Source: Glaucostegus cemiculus
Lineage: Eukaryota
Assembly (NCBI GenBank): GCA_976551045.1
Contig: CDPCPM010000037.1
Span: forward strand, 6,696,001 to 6,760,000
Reading direction: 5' to 3'
DNA length: 64,000 nucleotides
The notes under the pieces are model-generated. The model was not told the origin of the DNA and searched no databases. It saw only the letters and a program-made list of their open reading frames with translations. Below are positions 35,873-49,379 of this stretch, piece after piece. The position numbers and the translations under genes were made by a program. Numbering within the stretch: position 1 is the stretch's first letter; every line of letters starts with the position of its first letter.

Positions 35873-38271
35873 TTTTCTTTCAGCTACTTGACTACTCACT
35901 GATTCCCCAGCCAGAAGAAGTTGGCCTCGAGATTGATCGTGTCCAAAGCAAGTAAAACTAATGGAAGAAAATGTGAAAATAGGTAAGACTTGTACAAAAA
36001 GGTAAAAAGTAATTGAAGAACAGGAAATATGATAATATTATTTAATTTTAGCATGGATAAATATTTAATGGAAGCCTGAACTCTGTCGTAAATATGTAAA
36101 TTCTAATTATCCAGTTTCCATTTCCAGCAGTAGCAATGAAATGTGAACAACTGAACATTTTTATTCAGATTTCAGGTCACTGTATCCTGCAATATATTCT
36201 GAAATAAGATAAAACAAAACCAAGCAGAAGTTCAGAGCAATTCTTTCTAATGACTTCACATGAAGCAGAAAAAAACTCAAACATCTAACAGAACATGTAT
36301 ATGGAATCAGAGCACTACAGCACAGAAAGAGGCCCTGCAGCCCATCTCATCCATGCCAGCCTGCTTTTCTGCCTAGTCCCATCTACCTGCACCCAGACCA
36401 TAGCCCTCCATACCTCATTTATGCACCAATCCAAATTTCACTTAAATGTTACAACTGAACCCGCATCCACCGCTTCTGCTGGCAGCTCGTTCCACACTTG
36501 CACCACCCTGAGTGAAGTAGTTCCCCCCCCCCCCGAGATTCCCCTTACATATATCAGCTTTCACCCTAAACCTATGACCTCTAGTTCTAGTCTCACCCAG
36601 CCCAAGGGGAAAGCCTGCATGCATTCACCCTATCAACATGTCTCAGTTTTGTATACTTCAAGATCTCCCCTCATTCTCCTGTACTCCAGATAATAAAGTC
36701 CTGACCTATTCAACCTATCCCTGGAACTCAGGTCCTCAAGTCCTGAAAACATCCATGTAAATTTTCTTTGCACTCTTTCAAGCTTATTGATAGCTTTCCT
36801 GTAGGTGGGTGACCAGAACTGCACGCAATACTCTAAATTTGGCCTCTCCAATGTCTTATACAACCTTAACATAACATCCTAACTCTTGTACTCAATGCCC
36901 TGATTTATGAAGGCTAATGTGCCAAAAAGCTCTCTTTATCACCCTATCTACCGGCAATGACACTTAAGGCATTCTCCCAGCTCCCTTTGTTCTACTGCAC
37001 ACTCCTACCATTCACTGTGTAAGTCTTACCCCAGTATGTCCTCCCAAGGTGCAACACCTCACGTCTGCATTAAATTCCATCTGCCATTTTTCAGCCCATT
37101 TTCTCCGCTGGTCAGATCACACTGCAAGCTTTGATAGCCTTCCTCACTCTCCACTATGCCCCCAATCTTGATGTCATCTGCAAATTTGCTGATCCAGTTT
37201 ACCACATCTTCTAAATCATTGTTGTTTATCATCCACATTAATGGGCCCAGCACCAATCCCTGTGGCACACCACTAGTCACAGGCCTCCAGAGAGACATCC
37301 ATCTACCACTCCTCTCTGGCTTCTCCTGCTAAGCCAATGTTGAATCCAATTGACTACTTCATCCTGAATGCCAAGTGGCTTAACCTTCTGGACCAGCCTC
37401 CCATTTGACTTTGTCAAAGGCCTTGCTAAAGTCCATGTAGACAACATCCACCACCTTCCCTTCATTAACCTTCCTGGTAACCTCAATCTATTAGATTGGT
37501 TAGACATAACCTACCACACACAAAGCCATGTTGACTATCCCTAATCAGGCACTGTCTATTCAAATAGATAGATGTCCTGTCCCTCAGAATACCTTCCAAT
37601 AATTTACCGATAACTGATGTTGGGCTCACCAGCCTACAATTTCCTCATCTTGGTATTAGAGCCTTTCTTAAACAACAGAACATTAGCTATCCTCCAGCCC
37701 TCTGGAACCTCACCCATGGCCAAGGATGTTATAATACCTCTGCCAGGGCCCCTGCAATTTCTGCACTAGCCTCCCACAAGGTCCAAGGGAACACCTCATC
37801 AGACCCTGGGGATTTATCCACCCTAATTTGCATCAAGACAGCAAGTACCTCCTTTTCTGTAATCCAGATACAGTCCATGATCTCACTATTCTTTTTTCCT
37901 CAGTTATAGAATCTATGTCTGTCTCCTGAGTAAACACAGATGCAAAAAAAAAAAAATCATTTAAAAATCTGCCTCATTTCTTTTGGCTCCATGCATAGAT
38001 GACCACTGTGATCTTCAAGAGGAAGAATTTTATCCCTTGCTATCCATTTGCTCTTAATATAGCTATAGAAGCCCTTTGGATTCTCTTTCACCTCATCTGC
38101 CAGAGCAACCTCATGCCCTCTTTTAGCCCTCCTGATTTCTCTCTTCAGTGTTCTCTTGCACTTCTTATACTCCACAAGTGTCTCATTTATCCGAATGGCC
38201 TATCCTTTCTCTTTACCAGGGCCTCAATAACCAAGGTTCCCTAGACCTATTAGCCTTGCCTTTTATCCTTT

Positions 38272-38368
38272 TTAGGAAGGGGTTAGATGGACTTGGGTAT
38301 GGTTGAAAGGTCAGTACAACATAGTAGGCTGAAGGGCCTGTGTTGTGCTGTATTGTTCCATGATTCTA
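38272..38368 (+). mobile_element. Short CR1 3' tail nested in antisense within the second CR1
   Basis: TAGGCTGAAGGGCCTGTGTTGTGCTGTATTGTTCCATGATTCTA interrupts the minus-strand ORF2. Confidence 0.75.
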
Positions 38369-39259
38369 ACAGGAACATACAGATTCTGTCCTCTTAATAT
38401 TTAACTTCTGAAGGCCTCCCACTCACCAAGCATCTCTTTGCCAAAAACAAACTATCCCAATCCATGCCTGCCAGATCCCTTCTGAAGCCATCAAATTTGG
38501 CCTTCCTCCAGTTTAGAATCTTAACCCGAGGACTCGTCTTATCCTTTTCCATAATTATCTTGAAACTAATGGAATTATGGTCACTAGATCCAAAGTGTTC
38601 CCCTACACTCACTTCTGTCACCTGCCCTGTCTCATTCCCCAAGAGGAGATACAGTATCACATTCTCTCACATTGATTAAGGAAACTTCCCTGAACACATT
38701 TGACAAACTCGATCCCATCCAGTTCTTTTACAATATGGAAGTCTCAGTCAATATATGGAAAGTTAAAATCACTTACTATCTCAACTTCATATTTCCTGCA
38801 ACTGTCTAAAAATTTGCTCCTTTAAATCATGCTGACTATTGGGAGGTCTATAATACAGTCCTATTAACATGGTCATCTTTTTTTATTCCTTAGTTCCACC
38901 CAAATTGCTTCGGTAGTCAAACCCTGCAGTATGTCCTCGCTGCACACTGCTGTGACATTTTCCCTGATGAGTAATGCCACCCCTCTCCCTTTAATACCTC
39001 CCCCTCTATCATGTCTAAAACATCAGAACCCCAGAACATTGAGCTGCCAGTCCCACCCCTCCTGCAACCAAGTCTCACTAATGGCTACAACATCATAATT
39101 CCACATACAGATCTAAGTTCATCTGCCTTACCTACAATACTCCTTGCATTGAAATAGACAACTCAGAACGTTAGTCCCACCATGCTCAACCTTTCAGTTT
39201 CCATCATTGCTTGTAGTCTTGACATCTACTTTCCCCACAGCTATTCCACTTGCTATCCT

Positions 39260-40188
39260 GCCACTCTAGTTCCCACCCCCCACAGCCCTAGATTAAACCA
39301 CCCCCTCCCCCAAGCAGAACTAGCAAATCTTCCCACAAGGATATCCATCCCCTTCCAGTTCAGGTCCAAACCATCCTGTTTGTACAAATGGCCTGGAAGA
39401 GAGCCCAATGATCCAAAAATCTGAAGCTCTCCCTTCTGTACCATCTCCTTAGCCACATGTTCAACTGCACTATCTTCCTATTTCTTACCTCACTAGCATA
39501 TGACACTGGTAGCAATCCTGAGATCACCACCATGGAGGTCCTGTCTTTTAACTTAGCACCTAACTCCCTGAAGTCACTTTGCAGGACCTCAGTTATCTTG
39601 CCTATCTCATTGGCACCAATATGTACCACAACCTCTGGCTGCTCACATAAGAAAGCTATGGACTCAATCCAAGACATCACCAACTCTGACACCTTGGATG
39701 CAACATACAGTCAGAGTCTTGTTCTCAGCCACAGAACCTCCTGTCTGCTTCCCCAACTAATGGATCCCCTATCACTACCACATACCTCTTCTCCCCCTTC
39801 CCCTCTAAAGGGAAAGAGCCAGATTCAGTCCCCAAGACCAGACCACTGTGGCTTTCCCCTGGTAGGTCATCTCCCCCAAAAGTATCTAAAACAATATACT
39901 AGTAAGAGGTGAACAGCCACAGGAGTACTTTGTACTGACTGCCTATTCCCTTTGTCTCTCCTGACAGTCACCCAGCTACCTGCCTCCTTCAAATTAGGTA
40001 TGACTGTCCCCCATAACTACTCTGCCACACAAATGATCCAAAGATCATCCAGCTCCAGTTCCTTGGCACAGTCTGTAAGGAACTGTAGACTGATTAACTT
40101 CTCACAGATGTAGTCATCAGGGACACTGGAGGTCTCCTCGACTTCCCACATCATGCAAGAGGAGCACACCACTGCACTGGGTGTCATG
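39260..40188 (-). pseudogene. CR1 ORF1p remnant (zinc finger plus SGNH esterase)
   Basis: EQPEVVVHIGANEIG...VVISGLLPV...LNMWLRRW...FRFLDHW; LYKQDGLDLN (cf. DGLHLN). Confidence 0.85.
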
Positions 40189-40889
40189 TCCACTGCTCTA
40201 CCTGTGCAATAATAAAGAGAACTTAGCAGAACCTCACCTTAGCATCCATCTCTTCACACCAAAGCCTAACCTCCTCACTCTTACACTGACCTACTCCAAA
40301 ATGGCCACTCCACTTTACCCTACCTGTCTTTTATTGGCCACACACCTAGCCAATCAGAAACAACTTAAAAAATAAAAACTGCTGGCTCTTCCCTTCTGCT
40401 GCTCTGGCTGCTGGAACTGCAAAAAAACAAGTCCCAGCTGAAAAACAACTTTAAAAGAAAATCTATCAAGTTATTTCCTATGCTTGTGATAAAGTGGTTT
40501 CAAAAGTGTCTTTCAGAAAATGATTATTCAACAAAATGCAGCAAATTCAAATCATATCTTGTCTTGAGTTCAGAAAGTAGATACAGATGAAAAGACACCA
40601 AAAGTTATCAGTAACTTGCAAAAGCAAATTCACTTTCACATTACTGTTGCAGAATAATTATAACATATAACTTAATATATTGCCCTCATATCACTGGAAC
40701 TAGATGCTCAGTGTGGTAGCATTGAACTCAGTGGAACTGAATTGTGGAAGCAGAGTACAATGAACTACTTTGTAGCATGTTAGGCATCAATGATAGAGGA
40801 TAACTTTCTCCCACACCCATATACAAACATATTTATTGCATCCAGACATGCATTATGTATGTTATAATAGATTTCATCATTGGCAGTTA

Positions 40890-41130
40890 ATCTATCAACC
40901 AAATGCCTTCATCAGCAACTTGTCACCATGGCAACCCCATCTCAGCCTTCAGACATATTCACTTTGTCCTTTTCATGCCTCCCTCACTTCTGGATCTTAA
41001 GACAAACTTAACTTCTGTCTTTCCCAATTCTAAGGAAGGACCTATGACCTAAAACATTAACTCTGTTTCTCTTTGCACAGATGCTGCCTGACCTGCTGAG
41101 AGTTTCCAGCATTTTGTGTTTTTGTCTGAG
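40890..41130 (+). mobile_element. Old Penelope-like 3' terminus with decayed hammerhead relic
   Basis: TTCTAAGGAAGGACCTATGACCTAAAACATTAACT followed by CAGATGCTGCCTGACCTGCTGAG...CCAGCATTTTGTG. Confidence 0.65.
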
Positions 41131-41159
41131 GTTCTTTTCCCTTACTTGGTGTTCAAAGA

Positions 41160-41345
41160 TCACAGAATTATACAACACAAAATATGGCCACATTTGGCTT
41201 TGTGTCCGTGTCAGTTTTATTGAAATTATGCAATTAGAACCTCATCTCTGATTTTTCTAGAGTTCCCTGCAAACTTTTAAAAAATATCTCAAATTTCCTT
41301 TTTCAAGCTATTTTTCAATTTGCTTTCACCACATTTTCAGTATAA
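41160..41345 (-). mobile_element. Old CR1 3' tail
   Basis: CACAGAATTATACAACACA...GGCCACATTTGGC start and CR1-like 3' UTR. Confidence 0.4.
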
Positions 41346-42067
41346 TTTTTTTTGAAGTTCAGATAGATCTTGGAATAACCTTAGTCTGGTGAACTACCAG
41401 TCAAGAAAAATATGTGAAATTATTGCTGGAAATGCTTGAATATTCCCAACCAAATGCCAAGCGATTGTTGTGGGGCCACAGATATACTTCCAGCTTTGAA
41501 CTGAGATCTACTATTTAAGAGAGAGTTGGGACATGGAGATGAAATCAACCTGAAGGTAACAGTGAGTAAGGATGGTGCTGATGCATTTTTCCTTGACTCG
41601 ATGAATAAACTTGATCACTCAAAGCTATCATTCACAAATAATTGTGAAAGGAACAGGAGCTATCTGACGCAGATAGATTTCGATGGCATAGAGGCTGGCT
41701 TATCTGTCACATTTACCTTGATAGATTTGCTGAGGTAGTTTGTTATTCATATCACTTTCAAATTGTGGTCCTGTTGATGATGGGAGAGGATCTAAAATAT
41801 AGTCATTCAGTAATACTTTACTTTTCAGGACAGATCAAAATAATACAGTAAGTGCTTTTGATAACACATTGCTGCCTTTTGTAAATATAATTTCTACACA
41901 TCTCTGATTTTTTTAAATGCTATGTTTATTTTTTATAAAATAGAAATTATAATAAATTTTATTAGTTTCCAAAATGTCTGTGTTAACATCATACAATGTA
42001 ATATCAGTTTAGTTGGAACTAAATTAGAATCCATTTATCCAACACCACTTTCATGAATGAACAAGAG

Positions 42068-42182
42068 TGAGTCATCTTGCTATACCTTTTTATGAGTCAT
42101 GAACACCCACATACCACAGCTTCTGACAAGTTGTCACTGCTTTTCCAACAAATAAATAAAAGATGAGTCAGAGGTCACATGA
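42068..42182. promoter_or_regulatory. Candidate enhancer: AP-1/RUNX/E-box motif cluster
   Basis: TGAGTCA at 42068, 42093 and 42164; ACCACA at 42113; TGACA-n3-TGTCA at 42124; GTCACATGA at 42174; no repeat recognised here. Confidence 0.45.
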
Positions 42183-43248
42183 AGGAGCTATAATAATTTA
42201 TCCATTCACACTTCATTCCTGTGTGTTCTTTCTGCTTATTTCAGGAAGAATCATTCAGTTCATTTCCATTCCAGTTTAATTTATCATGGTGTGTTACTGA
42301 AAGGACATTTGCTGCTGTAAAGCTCAAGTCACTGTCAATCAAACACAAGAAAATAAAATCAATTAATGCCAATTATCACTTTCCAAATTCTCTCCAAAAC
42401 CTTCAGCCCCATATGTAGAGTTGCCTCATTATAATGTTAGTATTGCCAATTTGGCTACTCCCTGAGATAGTTGCTTTTGGAACCACATTTACAATACTTC
42501 AAACATGCCCAGTATGCTCGGTGGGAACAGCTCGCTAACTAACAGGAACAGATCAATTACATTCTGGGCATAGATCGCTAAAATGATAGGAAAGATCACT
42601 GTACAGATTGGGAACAGATTAGAGACACTTATTTTGGAAATCTTGAAAAATATAGTGAAGTACTTTACTGTTTGATCCAATCTCCAATGAAAAGTTTTAG
42701 CTAAAGCTGTTTTATCTGCTACATGTGTTGATTGAATTGCTGTGTATTTTCTAATTTACATTGAATTTGTAGTGCATCTTTTTAAATATCCTTGCCTTTG
42801 ATATTTCATATTACTCTCAGGCACTATTGTTTTAATATGGCTAGGCTATTAATTAGATTGTTTGAGAAAGATGTTATTTTACTTATGGAAAATAAATCAG
42901 AGAAATCATTATTTTAAAACTCAGGTGTGGCTGTCATCAGCCAAAATATGTGGGTGTGTTAGGAATGTGAAATTGATGTCAGACACACCAAACCAAGAAT
43001 TTTATGGAATTACATAAAAAATAGCCCAAAAAAAAACGTGCATTCTAGCCTCCTTTCTTCTTTCCTTTTCTAACCTTAGCACAGATCCCTCTATTCCTAT
43101 TCTTATTTGCTTATTTAGTCTCCCTTGAACACACTATATATTTTGTCTCAACTATCCTCTGAAGTAGCAAAGTCCACATTCAGAGAAAAATTGTCTCTAA
43201 ATTGCTGATTTAATTTCTTAGAAACTCTTATGTTGATGACTTCGAGTT

Positions 43249-43742
43249 TAGAATCAGAGAGTTATACAGCAAGGAAACAGGCCCTTCAGCCCAACTTGTC
43301 CATGCTGACCAAGATGTCTATCCAGGCTAATCCCATTTACCCATGTTTAGCCCATATCTCTCTAAACATTTTCTATCCATGTGTTCAAATGTCTTTTAAA
43401 CATTGCAATCGTTCTTGCCTCTACAGCTTCCTCTGGTAGCTCGTTCCTTCTTCCCACCACCCTTTGTGTGAAGAAGTTGCCCCTCAGGTCCCCTCTTTTC
43501 CTTCTCATCTTTAATCTATGCCCTCTAGTTTTAGGTTCCCCTATCCTGGGAAAAACCTGTGACCATTGACCTTATTTACACCCCTCATGATTTTATATAC
43601 CTCTATAAGGTCACCCCTCAGCCTCCTACACTCCAGGGAAGAAAAGTCTCTGCCTATGCAGCCTCTCATTACAACTCAAGCCCTACAGTCCTAGTAACAT
43701 CATTGTGAATATTTTCTGCACCCTGCACACAATACGCCAAGT
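43249..43742 (-). mobile_element. CR1 3' fragment
   Basis: TACAGCAAGGAAACAGGCCCTTCAGCCC tail; reverse strand encodes RLRGDLIEVYKIMRG and TRGH. Confidence 0.9.
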
Positions 43743-43879
43743 ATGTTCCAATTCAAAGCTGTTCCCATTCACATGCATCTGGATGGGTTGCAGTATATTA
43801 TACATAATGCATATTGCATATTTTGCATCTCACCAAGAACTTACTGGACTTAATAGTTCTAACTCACTTGTGGAACTGC

Positions 43880-44700
43880 TCTGTGTTTACTCCATTAAAG
43901 CATTCCATGATTTTAAAGTATTCTTATGTTTAATCCTTGGCCTTTTCAAGAGAAAAAAGGCCTACACATCCTTTCCTTTGTAGATCTTCAGAAACATTTC
44001 ATGTACACTATCAGTGCCTTTAATTCCTCTTAACAGTAACCCTCCAGGAAATAGGCAGTGTCTGCTTTTCAGTTCTTGTAGTTTTGACCTGCATTATTGC
44101 TTTATCTCTTTTGTGTGGTGTGAGACTACTTTGATGCTCCATCCTGTTCAATTTTTTAATTCTCAAGCAGTGTGAACTTCTTATATTTCTTCTCAGATGT
44201 CATGTTTCATGCTTTGCTGCATTTGAAGTTCATTTGCCAAATATATATCCATTCTTCAAATTTATTTTTGTCCTCCTGCAATTTATTGCAGCCAATTTGT
44301 TGTCATCTAGACTTTTGGAAATCATGATTCCAAACTCTAATCATTATTACAAGTTCTGAATAATGGTCACATTAGTGATTCTTGTTATTTTTGAGAATGT
44401 TAATTCCCATCCTTTCAACCCTGAATTTTGTATTTATTTTTGTATTTGTTGCTCCAGATTCCACCCTCTGAAGTTTCTGGTGTCTCTCACTTTTATTCCC
44501 CCTTCTACTTTCAATGTGGACACCAGTAAGCTATCTTTCTTCTCACTTCCTGACCCCACATTCTCTTGCTTAATTCATTCATCTATTATGTGGTCCTATA
44601 CTGAAGGCCTTTTTTAAACAGAAGTCTACATTAATCATAAATACTGTATACCCCAGATCTTCAAAGAATTCAGTGTTATTGATGAAGTACTATTTCTGGC
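43880..44700 (-). mobile_element. Ancient CR1 RT fragment
   Basis: Decayed reverse motifs equivalent to WQMNFN, FADDT (TTGTCATCT) and DFKKAFDKVPH (ATGTGGTCC...GAAGGCCTT...AAGTCTA). Confidence 0.5.
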
Positions 44701-44939
44701 TGACTAAGTGAAGGATGTTATCAAATTGAAAGAAGAGCTTAAAACGTTGTGCAGATTAATGGTAGGCCAGAGGTTTGGAATCATGCATTCTCTCCTGAAA
44801 TGTTCACTTCTTCTCCTTCAGCTTATCCAGCTCCTTCCTCTTGTTTTCTTCCAGGTCGGGTTTGTCTTCCAGACAAACAAAGAATGACAATAAAATTGTA
44901 AAGTGAGCTCACATGGAGGATGGCTATGCAGAAAATATT

Positions 44940-46410
44940 ACAAAAACAAACAGGTATATATAAAGAAGAGAAGCTAAAGCAAAGGTTGAACTTTCAGAGG
45001 GTGAGGCTGGGCAATCAATAATGGGGATAGAAAAGCGATAGAGTTTCCAAAGAACTATTTTGGATCAGTCTTCACAGTAGAAAACAGTAAAAAAAAAATC
45101 CAACAACAATAGATAATCAAAAGCAATAGGGAGGGAGGAATTTAAAATGATCTCTATCTCCGGGTATAAAGTACTAGGAGAATTAACTGAAGCTGATGAC
45201 CTACATCCTTGGGTTGTAAGGGAAGTGGCTGTTCAGACAGTGGATGTGTAGATTTAAATATTTCAAAATTCCCTTGATAAAGATTTGATAAATTTGCTCG
45301 AGTTCTTTGAAGATGATTAAATAAGATGAGTAAAAGAAAACTACTAGGTGTGTTTGGATTTCCAGCAGGCATTCAGTCAGGCACCACAGAAAAGGAAGCG
45401 CAGAATGGGAGCACATGGGGTTGTGGATGATATACTGACACAGAGAGGGGAATGGCAAATAAACAGAAAACAGAGAATGGGGATTAACATTGTCATTTTT
45501 GGATTGGAAATCAGCAACTACTGGGGTGCCACAAGGATCAAGGATCTGAGTGCTGGGGCCTTGTCAATGCACAACCTATCTGCACAGCTGGATGAAGGGA
45601 CTGAGTGAACTTCAGCCTAATTTGCTAATGAACAAAGACAGATGGGTTTGCAAGAGTTGAGGAGGATACTGGGTAGAGTGAGTGGGCAAAACATTGGTAG
45701 ATGGAGTATAATGTGGGAAAATGTGAGATTGTCCACTTTGAAAGGAGAATGAAAAAGAAATTACTGCTTCAATGGAGTAAGATTACAAAATGTTGTGATA
45801 AATAGGGATCTGGAGTGCTAGTGCATGAAACATTGAAGGTTTGCTTTCATGTACAGAAAGTAATTAGGAAGGGTAATGAAATAAAGGTTGGGAGGTTTTG
45901 ATGCATCTTTTCAGGGTACTGGTGTGATTGCACCTGAAGTTCTGTGTACAATTTTGGTCTCTATATTTTAGAAAATATGTTCTTCCTTTGGAGGAATTAC
46001 AAATAAAGTATCATTAGATTGATTCCCAGGATGAAAGTGTTGACATATGAGAAAAGGAACAGAAGGATGAGGGGTGATCTTATTGAAACATACACGATTC
46101 TGAGGAGGATTGTTAGGGTAAATACTGAGCAGATGTTTCCCCAGTAGGAGTATCCAGAAACGGGGGGCATAGTTTCAGAAAAAGTGATCACCCTCAGATT
46201 AAGACGAGGAGGAATTTCTTCTCTTGGAGGATCAAAGAACATGGTCAGGGTGGTGTTTGACAGACACTTAAACCAAAAGATTGTCAAGGGGAATGGGGAA
46301 AGAGCAGGCTGGTGGTGTTGAAGCTGAAGTTGGATCACCCATGATCTCAATGAATGTGGGACAGACAAGAGAGGATGACTGGCCTTTCCTGCTCTTGTTT
46401 CTCATATCCT
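44940..46410 (+). mobile_element. Decayed CR1 ORF2/3' fragment
   Basis: SVFT, CLDFQQAFSQAP, GVPQGS-like, WAKHWxMEYNVGKCEIVHF, RMRGDLIETY and CR1 3' UTR. Confidence 0.85.
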
Positions 46411-47366
46411 TAACTTACTTAGATCCAGCTGTCTGTTTTCATTATTTTCTCTTTTGCAAGGATTTACACTATTTTCATACTATTGGTGTTACATCTGAAT
46501 GGCTTCTAGTTTGTTGGGCATGCTTCACCTCTATTGTGCATGATCACCTGCTGCACATTCAACATTGTTAAGTTGAGGTGTTCCTGGCAACCATGCAGTG
46601 ACACAATTGGACCCTCTTTAGAAGACTAAAACTGCTTCCTCTCACCTATCCATCCCTGCCCCTTGAGAGCCATAGAATACTTCTGCACCAAAGACACCAC
46701 AGACAAAGCCAGCCTCCGTGAGAATAGAAGAAAGTAAAGTAGCCGCCTAGAGTCAGAATGCAACAATGCCTTGGGCAGAAATGGTGTGAAGCTTCCTGGA
46801 ATGCAGCCTCACCTTTAGTTCATTATCATATACAGTAGATTTTAATTTTACATAAACCTCTTGTAAATTTGTTAAATATACCATGAATTGATTAAAGCAT
46901 TTGAAACTCACGTTTTTTTAACTCAAATAGTGATAAGAAATCTTCCGCCTGGAAATTATCCATATTGCAGAATCGTACAGAGCAACTGTTATATGAAACC
47001 CAAACCAGAGCTGAATATTCTTATGGATTTTAGTCTTTATATCAGTGGCTAAACAGACACATTGCTGCTCAATAAAATGAACATACCACACAAGTTCTTT
47101 ATTGTTTAGTAATGTACTACTGATGCTCATAATTTTATGTGTTGTTATTATTAGAAATATACATATACTATTCTTAAAGTGGATAAACAATAACAAAAAA
47201 ACCCTCAAAAGCTACGGGGATATTTTTGCTAAATGGCTGCTATTGATCAGAGCAGAACATTCAATATTTCCTTCATTCTGTTATATTTTACTACACTAAA
47301 TATATTATAGATTTAGTCTAAGATATAAACTTCTTTCACATATAAAAAGGACAAGTAACTCTCACC

Positions 47367-48260
47367 TTGATCTTGATCAGCTAGGTAAGTGGGCTGGGGA
47401 TTGGCAAATGGTTTTCAATCTAGATAAGTGTGAAGTGTTGAACTTTGGGAATTCAAACCAGGGTAGAATTTATACAGTGAACGTTTGGGTCCTGGGGAGT
47501 GTTGTGGAACAGAGGGACCTAGGAGTACAAGTACGTAGTTCACTGAAAGCAGCGTCATAGGTAGACAGGGTGGTGAAGAAAGTGTTTGGCACACTAGCCT
47601 TCATCAGTCAACACAAGTGTTTGGCACACCGGCCTTCATCAGTCAATACACTGACTGTAGGAGTTGGGACATTATGCTGCAGTTGTACAAGACATTGGTG
47701 GAATCATACTTGGAGTATTGTGTAGCGTTTTGGTTGCTGTGTTCTAGGAAAGATGTCATTAAACTGGAAAGAGAGCATAGAAGATTCACAAGGATGCTAC
47801 CAGGAATAGAGGCTCTGAGTTATAGGGAGAGGTTGGTCAGGCTAGGACTTTATTCCTTGGAAGGTAAGATAACTGAGGGGTTATCTTATAAAGGTGTATA
47901 AAATCATAAGGGGTATAGATCAGGTGGATGCACATAGTATTTTCCCTAGAGAAGGGGAACTAAAGACTAGAGGGCACAGGTTTAAAGTGAGAGGTGAAAG
48001 ATTTAAAAGGGACCAGAGGGGCAACTTCTTCAAACAGAGGGTGGTGCATATATGGAATGAGCTGCCAGAGAAAGTGGTTGAGGAGGTACAATAATGACAT
48101 TTGAAAGACATTTGGATAAGTACATGGATAGGAGGGGTTTAGAGGGATATGAGCCAAATGCAGGCAAGTGCGACTAGCTTGGTGGGCACCATGGTCAGCA
48201 TAGATGAGTTGGGCCGAAGGGCTTGTTTCCATGCCGTGTTACTCTATGGCTCTATCTATA
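47367..48260 (+). mobile_element. CR1 3' fragment
   Basis: LQLYKTLVESYLEYCVAFW, RRFTRMLPG, KTRGHRFKVRGERF, WNELPE; tail GGGCCGAAGGGCTTGTTTCC...CTCTATGGCTCTAT. Confidence 0.93.
47580..47649. repeat. 35-bp tandem duplication within CR1
   Basis: AAGTGTTTGGCACAC(TA/CG)GCCTTCATCAGTCAA(C/T)AC twice, at 47580 and 47615. Confidence 0.9.
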
Positions 48261-49379
48261 GAATGTAATAGAGTATATGATGATTGTGACCTACGTGGAC
48301 AGGAAGAGTTCATGCCAACAGTAGTTTACAACAGAAACTCTTTTTACTCAGATACTTAAAAGCTCCAAACTATGGGCTTTACCAGGTCAGTGTGAAGTGC
48401 ACAAACACACATTAGAATATAAATAAAACGTTGCTAAACACATGAACAAGTCAAGACTAATTCATTTTTAATTTCCTTCAATTTAGCAGGCACAATCCAA
48501 GTTAAGAAGATGCTTGCATTTGAAGCATCAATTGTTCTGAGCATAGATTGCATGTTTTATCTTTGTCAGATTGTGTCCATTTAGCACGGAAGGACACGCA
48601 GCATAAAAACAATTATTTTCTACTTAATATTATGCTTCTGTTTTATTCACATTATTTGCTAAAGGGTAATTGCTTCCTTTTCTCTTTAGGGGCTAAAGGT
48701 GGAGCCATGTATCACTTCAGATCAAAACATATCTCCCTCAATGCACATTGACCTTTCACAGCTCAGACAGCACACACATTCTTTTTATTACCCTCAAGGA
48801 TACTATCTTTCTAATGTATAGCAGAGAGATTCTCAGGAAAATTACTTTCAAGTGGAATTTCAATTTCTGAACTCACTTTTTGAAGCTTTAAGAATGAAGA
48901 TTGTATTCAATATTATTTAAAGGACACATGCATAACATTCATCCTCCATCAATAACGCTACACATACTATAGATTAGCCTCAGAAAGTTGTACTCAATCC
49001 CTAAAATTTATTCCATTAACCTCATTGTAAAGTATACTAAATTACTTGAACAATACAGAATGCCATTCTTGTTCATCATGAAACTTATCTCAGATGACAA
49101 ATGGTCATTTATTATCAAAGCGGAGATAAATTTAAATTGAGTGAATAATCAGAGGGGGTAACCGCTTCTTCCAGCATTTTTATAAGTCAGAGCACTAATG
49201 TGAAGCAACATTCTGTATATCAGTCGGAACATACCATTTAGAAGACCATGTAAGAGCCAGTCCCCATGATGGCAGAAGTTATTTCTTACAGGGAGAAAAA
49301 ATTCCATTTATATGTTATTCAGGAAATGACATAGAATAAATCGTTAATCACACTAACATATTCATGAATAAAGAGAGAT

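Larger units (their letters stand above)
36295..40400 (-). mobile_element. Second near full-length decayed CR1 LINE
   Basis: ORF1 zinc finger (VCSSCMMWE...PDDYIC) and esterase; ORF2 GSSDHN, KENPKGFYSY, TSGVPQGLVLGP, KFADD, LEYCVQFWSP, TRGH; CR1 3' tail near 36300-36340. Confidence 0.92.

Noticed and set aside
44810-44875. Minus-strand LEDKPDLEENKRKELDKLKEKK stretch, or plus-strand polypyrimidine acceptor
   Set aside because: Short low-complexity purine/pyrimidine bias; ends in a stop and has no convincing splice pair
46490-46640. Possible RTE C-terminal relic
   Set aside because: Similarity too weak to distinguish from chance
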